Positions 25,597-37,489 of a stretch of DNA of 64,000 bases are shown here, one piece after another. The notes under the pieces were generated by a model. The model was not told the origin of the DNA. It made no database searches and worked only from the letters and a program-made list of their open reading frames with translations. The position numbers and the translations under genes are program-made. Source of the stretch: Octopus sinensis (taxonomy: Eukaryota). Location of the stretch: contig NW_021833461.1 in NCBI RefSeq assembly GCF_006345805.1, forward strand, positions 1 to 64,000, in the 5' to 3' direction. How positions within the stretch are numbered: position 1 is the first letter of the stretch; every line of letters starts with the position of its first letter.

Positions 25597-27394
25597 AAGG
25601 TTAATCCAAACAAGAAAACAAAAAAGACAACAACGCAAAGAGGTGGAACAATTAAAGTATTATTAGGCGCTCAGGAAAAAATGGAAGAAGGAGGGTATGA
25701 CGTTTCGAGCGGGGCTCTTCGTCGGAAACATAAGAGAAAGAAAGATCCCGAGGTGGGAGGACAGAGGGAAAAAAACGCGAGTGGTCTTCACGAGGTAAAC
25801 ATACTGAAAGGCAGGAAGTCGTAGACGAGAGGGGACAGGTTTTCAAAGACAGGAGAGCGGAAAAAGAAGGAAGGTAAAAACACAATGAGTGAGAAGAAGA
25901 GGGTGTGTATGTATATATATGTAAGGCGACGGCTAGTGGCGAGCAGCGGTCGTAACGGTGTGCGAGATGACAAGTGTGTGTTTATTAGTGCGTGCGTCTG
26001 TGTGTAAGTGTGTGTGCGTTGGGCGAAGGCTAGTGGACGTAGCAGTCACAGGTCAGTAGTAAAAGGAGGAAGAAGGGGAATGTGTGTGTGCGTATGTACG
26101 TGCCGTGTGTGTGTTTTGTTGTAGTATGTGTGTGTACGTGTGCGATTTGTTGTGTGTATGGCGAGTAACTTTGCTTAACAGAGTGTATATGTAGATGTGT
26201 GTGTGCTTATATGTGCGTATATGTATACTTGTGTGCATGTATGTATGTGTGCGTGCGCGTGTGTGCGCGTGTTTAGGTGTGCGTATGTATGTGTGTGTCT
26301 GTGTTTATATGTGTGTACGTATGTGTATGTGTGCGTGCGCGTGGAGGTATATGTTGGGTGTGTGTATGTGCCGGTGTGCATGTGAATTTGTGTGTGTTTG
26401 TACGTGTGTAAGTGTGTGTGCGTGTATTGTATATATATATGTAAATGTGTGTGTGTGAGTGCGTGGGAGTGAATGTATGTATGTGTGTGCGTGTGTGTAC
26501 AAAAAGTAGGGGTATTATATGTGTGTGTATATATATGCATGCAAGGAAACAATTTGCAACTGACGGAATGATGGAAAAATGCTCCCGCGGTGACAGGCGT
26601 AAGAGAAACCCAAGAACACGCTGGCCCCAGATACGAACCCGAGATTTAGCCAGAACCCACAGGCGTGGTGCAAGCATGTATGTATGCGTGCGCGTGCGCG
26701 CACATGCAAGTCTGTGCGCGTGCATGCGAGTGTGTGTGTAAGTATGTGTGTGTGTGGATGTGTGAGTGTGTATGTGTGTATGTCTGTGTGTATGTCTGTG
26801 TGTATGTGTATCCGATTGAATGTAAGTATGTGTGTGTATATGTGTGTGTGTATAGGTGCATGTCTGTATGTATGTGTGTGTATGCGTGTGAGTGTGTATG
26901 TATGTATGTGTGTATGTGTGGAAGTGTGTGTATGTGCATGTGTGTGCGCGTGCATGCGAGTGTGTGTGTAAGTGTGTGTGTGTATGTATGCGTGAGTGTG
27001 TATGTGTGTATGTCTGTGTGTATATGTGTCCGTATGAGTGTATGTAAGTATGTGTGTGTGTATGTGTGTATGTGTATGAGTGTATGTATGTATGTGTGTG
27101 TGTATGTGTGTATGTGTGGAAGTATGTGTGTGTATGTATGTATGTATATGTGTGTGTATGTATGTATGTGTACGTGCGTGTGTGTGTGTATGCATGTATG
27201 CGTACATGCGTGTAGGTGTATGCGAGTGCATGCATGCATGTATGTGCGTATGTATGTTTATGTGCATGTGTGTAGGTATATATGTATGTGCGTATATGTG
27301 TGTGTGTGTATGCATGCGTGTGTATGTAGGTGTGTAGGCGTGTGTGTATAGGTGTATGTGTGTATGTATGTATGGGTGTGTGTCTGTGTATGTT

Positions 27395-27425
<31 letters not shown>

Positions 27426-30400
27426 ATGAGTGAAGGTATGAATGTATGTGTGTGTGTGTACATATGTAATGTATGTATGTATGCGTGTGTGTGCGTATGT
27501 ATGCGTGTGTGTGTGTATGTGTGCGTGTGCGTGTATATGTTGGTGTGTGCGTATGTGAGTGTGAGTGTATGGGTGTATGTCATGCATGTGTGTGCGCGTG
27601 CAGGCGAGTGTGTGTGTAAGTATGTGTGTGTGTAGGTATGTGTGAGTGTGTATGTGTGTATGTCTGTGTGTATGCGTGTGCGTATGAGAGTATGTAATTA
27701 TGTGTGTGTGTATATGTGTATGTGTATGGGTGTATGTATGTATGTATGTGTGTGTGAATGTGTGTAAGTATATGTGTGTGTGCGTATATGTGTGTGTATG
27801 TGTGTGTATGTATGTGTGTATGTATGTGTGTAGGCGTGTGTGTATAGGTGTATGTGTGTATGTATGTATGGGTGTGTGTCTGTGTATGTTTGTGTGTGTG
27901 TGTATGTATGTATGTATGAGTGAAGGTATGAATGTATGTAAGTGTGTGTGTGTATGAATGTATGTAAGTGTGTGTGTGTACGTATGTAATGTATGCATGT
28001 ATGCGTGTGTGTGTGTGTATGTATGCGTGTGCGTGTAGGTGCGTATGTATGTATGTGGGAGTGTAGGTGTGTGTGTGTGTGTGTATGTGTGCGTGTGCGT
28101 GTATATGTGTGTGTATGTGTGTGAGTGTGAGTGTATGTGTGTATGTCTGTGTGTATGTATGTCTTAAGTATGTATGTGTGTGTATGTATGTATGTGTGTG
28201 TATGTGTATGTGTGTGGGTATGTGTGTGTATGTGTGTGTATGTATGTGTGTAAGTGTGTGTAAGTGTATGTATGTAGGTATGTAGGTGTGCGCACAGGCA
28301 TACATGCATGTGTGTGTATGTATGTATACATACGCACGCACGCACACGAAGCACGCTCACACACACAACACACAAACAATACAACGCACGCATATGGAGC
28401 CGACCCCACCCGAGGCCCGTGCCAAGGCGCGCGCGCGCAGACCCCCGAACACCCACACCACGAGAACCGAAGATCCATCAACCCAAGAACCCGAAAGAAG
28501 GGGGGTGCGCCAGGATGCAATTATATGTATGTGTGTGTGCATTCGTGTAAACGTGTGCGTGTGTAGGTATGTATGTATGTATGTGTGTGTGCATACGTGT
28601 ATGTGTGCATGTGTGTGTGTGTGTATGTAAGTATGTGTGTAAAGTATGTATGTACAATGTGTGTGTGTGTGTATGTGTGTATGTATGTGCGTATGTATGT
28701 GTGTATGTATGTATGTATGTATGTATTTATGTATGTGTGTATGTGTGTGTGTAAGTGTGTATGTGTGTGTGTATGTGTGTATGTATGTATGTATGTGTGT
28801 ATGTATGTGCATGTTTGTTTGTTTGTTTGTGTGTGTATGTATGTATATATGTATGTGTGATTAAATGTGTGAATGTATGTACGTAGATGTGTATACGTAT
28901 GTGTGTGTGTGTGTGTGAACGGGCGTGTGTGTGTGCGCGTGGGTATGTAAGGTGTGGAAGAATGTGTGCGTACAAGTGAGTGAGTAGGTTGTGTGTGGGT
29001 GGTGTGTTGGAGGTAGGTGTGTAGGAGGTAGGTATGTGGGGGTATTTTTTCGAAAAAAAAAACCTAAGAGGAGGGGGCTGTGTTGAGTTCGTGTGGGGTA
29101 GTGGTTTGTAGGGTGAAGATTTAGCGTTGCTCCAAGTGGAGCCTAGATAGTGGACGACCATTGTGTGGGGGGAGACCAAACACTGAGATGTCATCTGGGG
29201 AATGGCTGGCCGAGCGGAAGTGGCGTGCGACGGGAGAAAAAGAGTGTAGGCGAACGTCCCTCAGATGTTCTGCGAATAGGTCAGACAACCGGCGTCCCGT
29301 CTGTCCTACATACCGCATCCCGCATAGGTTGCATTTAATGCAGTATATGAGGCCAGACGAGGTGCACGTAAAAGAGTGTCTAATACGTACAGTTCGCCGG
29401 TTGGAGCCGGTGACAGCAGTGGTGTTGGTGATGAAGGGGCAGGTGTTGCAACGGGATCTAGAGCACGGGAAAGATCCGTGTGGGGCTGAGGGGGAAGGAG
29501 AGAGGGTGCTGTGGACCAGGAGGTCGCGTAGATTCTGGGCTCGTTTGAAGGAGGACAGGGGTGGGTTGGGGAAAATGGGGCGGGTTGTGGGATCGAGCTG
29601 GAGGCGACGGAAAAGGAGGGGGAAGGGTGTGCGGTTGGGGGGGTGAGAGGAAGGTGGTGCGGTCGATGCGACGGGCGCGGGCGAAGGCATTTGAGATGAG
29701 TATAGGTGGGTAACCTCGGAGTCTTAACAGGCGGGCCAGGTATTGAGATTGGGTCTCGAAAACCTGGTCGCGGCTGCACAAGCGTCGGTGGCGGAGGAAC
29801 TGGGAGTAGGGGATGGCTCGTTTGGTGTGGAAGGGGTGGGAGGAGGAGAAGTTGGGATAGAGGTGGGAATCCGTGGGTTTAAAGAAGGCGGTGGTGGTGA
29901 GAGAGTGGGAGGGGTGGTCGATTCGGAGAGAGATGTCAAGGAAGTTGACAGAGGTGTTGGAGATGGTTGAGGTGAATTGTAGGGAGGGGTGAAAGTTGGA
30001 AAGGAAAGAGATGAATTGGCAGAGAATTTCACGGGAAAGGGAGGTGGCACCTATGCAGTCGTCTATATAGCGACCGTACAGTTCAGGGGTCGGCCTGGAG
30101 AATTGGGAGAATACTTGGGCCTCAATGTAGCCAAGAAAGAGATTAGCGAAATTGGGGCCCATTCTAGTTCCCATCGCGACCCCGGACATCTGTTGGTACG
30201 TTTCCCCGGCGAACGTGAAACAGTTGAGGGTTAGAACGAGCTCTGCCAGGCGGAGAAGTGTGGGGGTGCTGGGGGTGGGGTCGGGACGACGGTCGAGGAA
30301 GTGTTGGAGGGCTAGGAGACCGTCATTGTGGGGAATCACTGGGTACAGGGATTTTACATCTAAAGTGAAGAGGAGGTGTGAGGGGCTGGAAGGGAAGGAA

Positions 30401-30730
30401 AAGGAATTGAAGAGACGGAGGGCGTGGTTGGTGTCGTGTATGTGGGATGGGAGGGCTGCGACTAAGGGGGACAGGATGCGGTCGAAGTATAGGGAAATGT
30501 GTTCAGTGGGGCAATTACAGGCAGAGACTATGGGACGGCCAGGATTATTGGGTTTATGGATCTTGGGAAGGAAATAGATGGTGGAGGTGCGGGGTGTGCG
30601 GACGATGAGGTTGGTGGCGGTGGGGGGGAGAGCAGTAGAGGAGATGAGGTCGTGGATGGTGGAGGACACTCGCTGTTGGTAGGAGGAGGTGGGATCGGAG
30701 GGAAGGAGGCGATAGAAGAGGGGATTTTGA
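25597..30730 (-). mobile_element. Neptune-type Penelope-like element: RT-GIY-YIG, ~3.2 kb CA-rich 3' region, HHR terminus
   Basis: Coding remnant 29070-30730, then CA-rich sense strand to about 25900, then terminal module with HHR at 25695-25729. Confidence 0.75.
29070..30730 (-). pseudogene. PLE reverse transcriptase and GIY-YIG endonuclease (5'-truncated, frameshifted)
   Basis: YFLPKIHKPNNPGRPIVS; LDVKSLYPVIP; GVAMGTRMGP; RYIDDC; PCSRSRCNTC; FTCTSSGLIYCIKCNLCGMRYVGQTGRRL..LFAEH. Confidence 0.92.
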
Positions 30731-30765
30731 AATACATATATATATATATATATTTATATATACAT

Positions 30766-31155
30766 AGAGAGACTTAGTAATTTTAATATTTCTATTATTG
30801 AAAACAAGTGGATGTATTCCACCGAAGCTAGGTAAATAAAACCTTCGAACAGAGATTGTCAGAAGCGACACCTACTGGTCTGGCTACGCTGCATTGAAAA
30901 GGGGCAATACCCCGAAACGCGTCTGTAGCTGCCGGTCAAGTAGTGTGGAGCGACTGACCTCCCTTGTTCGAAGGTTATATGGATACAGTTTGTGTATCAA
31001 ATAGCTAACTTAAGGCGATGGCCTCATGGAGCTAATAAGCGGACAGCTTTATTCTTATTTTTATAAGAATGCCATATTAGTATGGCGATAACTATTATTT
31101 TCCGGGAACGCTGCCGTTGTTCTCTTTTAGAGAGACTTAGTAATTTTAATATTTC

Positions 31156-31160
<5 letters not shown>
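30766..31160 (+). mobile_element. Second copy of the U3:A8-HHR unit (363-nt period), HHR at 30882-30929
   Basis: gacttagtaa recurs at 30771 and 31134; near-identical to 22343-22778 but in a different phase. Confidence 0.8.
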
Positions 31161-31198
<38 letters not shown>

Positions 31199-31288
31199 TA
31201 TATTTATATATACATATATATATATTTATATATATATATATTTATATATATAATATATACATATATATATATATTATACATATATATA

Positions 31289-31335
<47 letters not shown>

Positions 31336-31386
31336 ATTATACATATATATATATTTATATATATATATTATATATATATATATATA

Positions 31387-31988
31387 TAAGAAATATTGAG
31401 TTTCTAAATCTCTCGTAGAGAGGTGTACGGTGGTGGAGCGATATAATGGTTGTATACTGTCAATCTAACAACAACGTGACAGTAGGGGGTACACCACCGT
31501 TATATAGCCCTAGGAGGCATCGAACGCCTCCTGACAGCTTCGACACATTTTATCCTGTGTCCTTATATACACATACGAAGGGGAGACAAACACCCCCAAC
31601 TGCCGGAACTGCATCTAGGGACACCGTGTTTAAGGATCATTGTCCTTCATCGGCCTAGAATAGCAGACACCGGTCAGCCGGCGATATCTGTCTCGACTTC
31701 GTATCTGTATATATCTATAGTCAGTGAAGTCTATTCACTGATTATCAAAATAAGAAATATTGAGTTTCTAAATCTCTCGTAGAGAGGTGTACGGTGGTGG
31801 AGCGATATAATGGTTGTATACTGTCAATCTAACAAGAACGTGACAGTAGGGAGTACACCACCGTTATATAGCCCTAGGAGGCCTCGAACGCCTCCTGACA
31901 GCTTCGACACATTTTATCCTGTGTCCTTATATACACATACGAAGGGGAGACAACACCCCCAACTGCCGGAACTGCATCTAGGAACTGC

Positions 31989-31990
<2 letters not shown>
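31387..31990 (-). mobile_element. Tandem 364-nt unit (1.6 copies) with hammerhead-like motif at 31614-31657
   Basis: taagaaatattgag recurs at 31387 and 31751; minus strand ctagg-CCGATGA-agga-caatga-tcct-TAAA-cac-g-gtg-TC-cctag. Confidence 0.75.
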
Positions 31991-32055
<65 letters not shown>

Positions 32056-32059
32056 ATAT

Positions 32060-32690
32060 ATATATATGTATTATAAATAGATGTGTGTATTTTTACCTTG
32101 TTAACAATTAGCACGGAAAAATAAATAAATAAATAGTTACCAGGGCAGCAAAAATCTCACAAGTAAAGGTGTTGTAACTCCTTGTTTATAAAGGTAGAAA
32201 CTTTGTGTTTACGTTGAATATTTTGAATAATATGAATAAAAAATGGAGTTAACGCAGGTGTAAACAAGTATTTTTACTTTCGACACATGTTTCGAAAATT
32301 CCACTGGTACTATTCAAAAGAATAAATGGTATAAACAATGCAATCTACTCATCGGGAAAGTGAAAAAAACCAAACTCGTCAACACGACATTTTAGCAAAA
32401 AATGATGGATTTGTATAGCGATAGACAGAACGCTATTAATATTGTTTAAAAAAACGTTATATGATATAACGTCATAAGTAGCTAACAGAAAGAGTAGGGA
32501 TATTAATAGTGAATGTTAAATATAAAGGAAATTAAAGTTTAAATTATATATAATGATAGAGGCTACTTATATGCACTAAATGTATGTTTTTGCCAATGCT
32601 TACATCTGTATGCTCGCTCAATAACCGTGTTTACTAGAGTATTTTTAGAAAAAATAATGAAAAATAGCTCAGAGTTGCAGAGAAGACAGA
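32060..32690 (-). mobile_element. PLE-type terminal fragment with HHR at 32276-32361
   Basis: actttc-CCGATGA-[55-nt stem II]-GAAA-catgtg-TC-gaaagt; flanked by (TA)n. Confidence 0.65.
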
Positions 32691-32721
32691 TATATATATA
32701 TGTATATATATATATGTATAT

Positions 32722-32769
<48 letters not shown>

Positions 32770-32789
32770 GTATATATAATATGTATATG

Positions 32790-32837
<48 letters not shown>

Positions 32838-32909
32838 GTATATGTATTATAATATATATATATGTATATATATTGTATTATATATATATATGTATCTATA
32901 TATGTGTTG

Positions 32910-32942
<33 letters not shown>

Positions 32943-32943
32943 G

Positions 32944-32981
<38 letters not shown>

Positions 32982-32982
32982 G

Positions 32983-33015
<33 letters not shown>

Positions 33016-33820
33016 GTATATATATATGTATGTTATATTATATGTATATATATATTGTTATATTTCGGAATGGTCATTTTGCCAGTTTAGCCAATAAAAG
33101 CACACGCACTATATATTTGGTGTTACTTTGCTTCAGTGTTATTTATTTTTTACATTAATCTTAATCTTATTTCGGCCAGAGTTCTTTCGTCACACTCCTA
33201 TGACCGCATCAGTGGTCCTTTGTTTTCTTCTCACTTATTTGTGTCTCTCCTTACTAACCGTCAGCCATTTTGTATTTCTATTGTATGTCTTCATTTGCGC
33301 ATGCTTATATCTCTATGTGCGTTTATGTTTATTTAGTGTGTGTATGTGGGGGATACCTATAATATTTGTATCTTCTGTTTATATATGTTCATGTAATTTG
33401 TATTTTGCAGTTTGTTTTTTGTTTTTTGTTTTTGTTTTTGTTTTTGTTTATTCTTATTTTGTTCATGTGTTTACATCCACCCATTATTATCATTACATAT
33501 GCTTGTATGTATGTATGTATGTATGTATAACAACAATACTAGTAATAATAATAATAAATTGAATCGAAAATATATATATATATATATTATATATATATAT
33601 ACACATATATATATACATATACACACACATATATATATATAGTTATTTATTCATTTATCTGTGTATTTATTGTTTTCAGGATCCTCTATCGTCATATGTT
33701 GTGGTGTGTGTTAGTGCTCCATTCTAGTTTTCTCTATATGTATATGTATATATATATGTACATATATATGTATATATATGTATATATATATATGTATATA
33801 TATATATGTATATATATATG

Positions 33821-33852
<32 letters not shown>

Positions 33853-33929
33853 AAATAAATAAATAAATGACTATATATATATATGTGTGTATATGTATAT
33901 GTATATATATATATATATGTATATATTGT

Positions 33930-34490
33930 CATCAAAAAAGGGGGTAGAATTAATTAATTGTTAATAAATTCGACCAAGCAGTATTCGGTATGTAAAGACC
34001 ATTTACGGTAATTTGAAGTATTATTTATAAAAATATGGTAAAGTATAAAAATTCACTTTACCACACACCGAACTTTTCAGAAATAGCAGCCAAAGATTTG
34101 GCTATTTCTTCAACTGCAAATAAAAGTCTCCAGACAATGCATACTCAAAATAACTCACATAGGTATAAGGGAAAAACAATGAAAGATCACATCCATATAC
34201 GATACCCGAGGACAGTCTGTTTCTGGATTTGTGGGTAAAACGCCACTTTTCCTTCATCAGCTCAGAGATTTCTTCTGATTTAGATTTGAAAATACTAAGA
34301 ATCAAACATACCCGTCCGATATCTGTAACAACGGACAAACCATGCCAGACACCCAGTACTAGCGAATCCAAGGCATTGTCTGGAGACTTTTATTTGCAGT
34401 TGAAGAAATAGCCAAATCTTTGGCTGCTATTTCTGAAAAGTTCGGTGTGTGGTAAAGTGAATTTTTTTACTTTACCATATTTTTATAAAT
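33930..34490 (-). mobile_element. Fold-back PLE-type unit with HHR at 34205-34265, nested in the (TA)n of the above pLTR
   Basis: Arms 34024-34140 / 34373-34490; ctgag-CTGATGA-a-gga...tcc-a-GAAA-cag-a-ctg-TC-ctcgg. Confidence 0.7.
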
Positions 34491-34609
34491 TAATATATAT
34501 GTATATATATATTTTTTTTTTCGATTCAATTTATTATTATTATTACTAGTATTGTTGTTATACGTACATACATACATACATACAAGCATATGTAATGATA
34601 ATAATGGGA

Positions 34610-36578
34610 TGATGTGGACAATTGTTCTGGGACCCCAGAAACGTACAGGAAATAATTTCCAAGCCTGGAACAATGATATCCCGGCACTGTATGGACTTCG
34701 CAAGGACCATAAAATAATTACTGACCCTATAGCAGGACCACCAACAAGACCAGTCTGTGGAGCGAATATCGCTAGCAATTACAGCATCTCCTACTTCCTC
34801 TCAATGATCATACGCCCTATAATCCGAATGTCACCTGATGTTTGTGACAGCACAGAAGATCTCCTCAGCAGGATCGATGACTGTAACAGAACTTGTGACC
34901 TGACAGGATGTATGGTGGATAGCATGGATGTGGTATCCCTATACCCATCGATCGACGTAGATTTTGCGGTGGAGAAGTGCGTGGAGATGATCAATGAGAG
35001 CCAGGTGGAGTTCTGTAATGTCAACACAGAAGAACTGGGCCTCCTACTTAGACTGACATGTAATACTGAATACTTAGATAAACATAATCTTAGTAGTTTC
35101 TGCCCCAGTAGATGTTTAAGAGTAGGTAGACCGCCCAAATTACTTCTATGACTAGGAAGACACATATAGAAAGATGGCGCGGATGGACCAGAGCCATACG
35201 GAGCCCTGCAAATGTCCATCAGATAAAGAAAATGATCGCACATGCACTAGGAGCTAGTATAAGAATTACCCTAAAAGGCCACACGTTTAAGTTTAATAAT
35301 AAAATATATGCCCAGGACGAGGGGGCAGCCATCGGCGTTAGTATCGCTGGTGATGTGGCCAACCTTTTCATGGTATGGTGGGACAGAAGGCTTAAAGAAC
35401 GCCTAACACAGAACTCCATACTCGTAAACATGTACTCCCGTTATGTTGATGATATCAACATAGTGGTAAAGGCACCCCCACAAGAGAGCAATGTTGATAT
35501 AGTAATAGAAACTAATACTATGGAGAGCATCCAGCAAATAGCTAACTCCATCCACCAGAGTATTAAGGTCACAATAGACTACCCCACTAAACACCCCAAC
35601 CATAGACTACCAGTACTAGACACCGAACTCTGGCTAGAAATTGTGAATAATAAAACCCAAATCCTTTATTCATACTATGCCAAACCTATGGCCTCAAAAT
35701 ACTTGATCCACCGGAACTCAGCCATTGCGGACAATGCCAAATTCAATATTTTGATGGCAGACCTCGTCAGAATAATGAGAAATGTGCCATGCATGTGCGA
35801 GCCCACAGAGTTAAAGAGACACATACAATATTTCATTCACCGCATGCAGTTCTCAGGTTACAGCCATAAAGAAAGGATCAGAGTATACAAAGGAGCCATT
35901 AAGAAATTTGATAATATATTATGTAATGATAGGAATGGTATTTGCCCACTCTATAGGAACAAGTCATGGAACACTATAGAAAGGACAAAAAATAAAATAG
36001 GGAAGGTCAACTCTTGGTATGATAGCCATAAATACCAGAGTGTCATGTTCGTTGACACCACTCCTGGAGGTGAACTGGCGTATCGCTTTAGAAGGACCCT
36101 AGACAAACTTAAGCTAAGAATTAAGGTTGTTGAAAAGCCAGGCAACCCTATCAAATCTATAATTGGTAGAACCTATCCTTTTAGTAGAAGCCCCTGTACA
36201 GATAGGTACTGTACTGTATGTAGATTTAGCCCACAAACAAACTGTAAAGCCAGAAATATGGTCTATAGTATAAGATGTATAGAGGGACGATGCAGTAACA
36301 AGACAACGACATACGTAGGGGAAACGGCAAGAAGCATAGGAGAGCGGGTAAATGAGCATTGGAGACAACTCAAAGAAGGTAAAAGCTCATCGATTCTGTA
36401 CCAACACGCCGAACAAAAACATGGGGGATCAATCAATAACATAGAAATTAAAATATTATCCACACATAGATCAGATGCAACAATTAGACAAATTACAGAA
36501 GCTACACACATAATAGAAAATAAACCTAGCCTGAATAGAAAACTAGAATGGAGCACTAACACACACCACAACATATGA
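34610..36578 (+). pseudogene. PLE RT-GIY-YIG ORF, 5'-truncated, one frameshift near 35130
   Basis: PALYGLRKDHK; GPPTRPVCGA; SMDVVSLYPSID; GAAIGVSIAGDVANLFM; YSRYVDD; CTDRYCTVC; NCKARNMVYSIRC...YVGETARSIGERVNEH; LNRKLEW. Confidence 0.92.
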
Positions 36579-37071
36579 CGATAGAGGATCGTGAAAACAT
36601 AATAAATACACAGATAAATAAATAAATAACTATATATATATATATGTGTGTGTATATGTATATGTATATATATATTTTTTTTTCGATTCAATTTATTATT
36701 ATTATTACTAGTATTGTTGTTATACATACATACATACATACATACATACATACATACATACATACATACATACATACAAGCATATGTAATGATAATAATG
36801 GGTGGATGTAAACATATGAACAAAATAAGAATAAAAACAAAAAACAAAATACAAAATACAAAATACAAATTATATGAACATATAAAATTACAAATTACAT
36901 GAACATATATAAACAGAAGATACAAATATTACAGGCATCCCCACATACACACACTAAATAAACATAAACACACATAGAGATATAAGCATGCGCAAATGAA
37001 GACATACAATAGAAATACAAAATGGCTGACGGTTAGTAAGGAGAGACACAAATAAGTGAGAAGAAAACAAA

Positions 37072-37116
37072 GGACCACTGATGCGGTCACAGGAGTGTGA
37101 CGAAAGAACTCTGGCC
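37072..37116 (+). ncRNA. Non-canonical hammerhead-like motif in the PLE pLTR (also 33174-33218 minus, 63289-63332 plus)
   Basis: ggacca-CTGATGCG-gtcac-aggagt-gtgac-GAAA-gaac-TC-tggcc. Confidence 0.5.
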
Positions 37117-37294
37117 GAAATAAGATTAAGATTAATGTAAAAAATAAATAACACTGAAGCAAAGTAACACCAATATATAGTGCGTGTGCTTTTTATTTAT
37201 TGCTAAACTGGCAAAATGACCATTCCGAAATATACAATATCTGTTTCAACACACGACTTCACATAAAAAATCTTGCACAACAAATATTTAAACG

Positions 37295-37331
<37 letters not shown>

Positions 37332-37349
37332 GTGTGTGTAGTATATATA

Positions 37350-37402
<53 letters not shown>

Positions 37403-37448
37403 GTGTGTGTGTCTATACATAGTATACATACATATGTGTGTACCTGGA

Positions 37449-37489
<41 letters not shown>

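Larger units (their letters stand above)
33055..37294 (+). mobile_element. Penelope-like element (C-terminal GIY-YIG, RT with insertion) with inverted 5' pseudo-LTR
   Basis: 33055-33735 is the reverse complement of about 36535-37237; direct pLTR piece at about 33840-34610; ORF remnant 34610-36578; 57-nt 3' tail. Confidence 0.88.

Noticed and set aside
29070-30730. Horizontal transfer suggested by resemblance to C-rich vertebrate Neptune-like elements
   Set aside because: The resemblance is from memory of conserved motifs shared across the clade; identity and phylogeny cannot be computed here.
34610-36600. Selenocysteine-encoding PLE (as known for some Naiads)
   Set aside because: The endonuclease is C-terminal, the conserved cysteines use TGT/TGC, and ORF breaks are frameshifts that differ between the two copies, not in-frame TGA.
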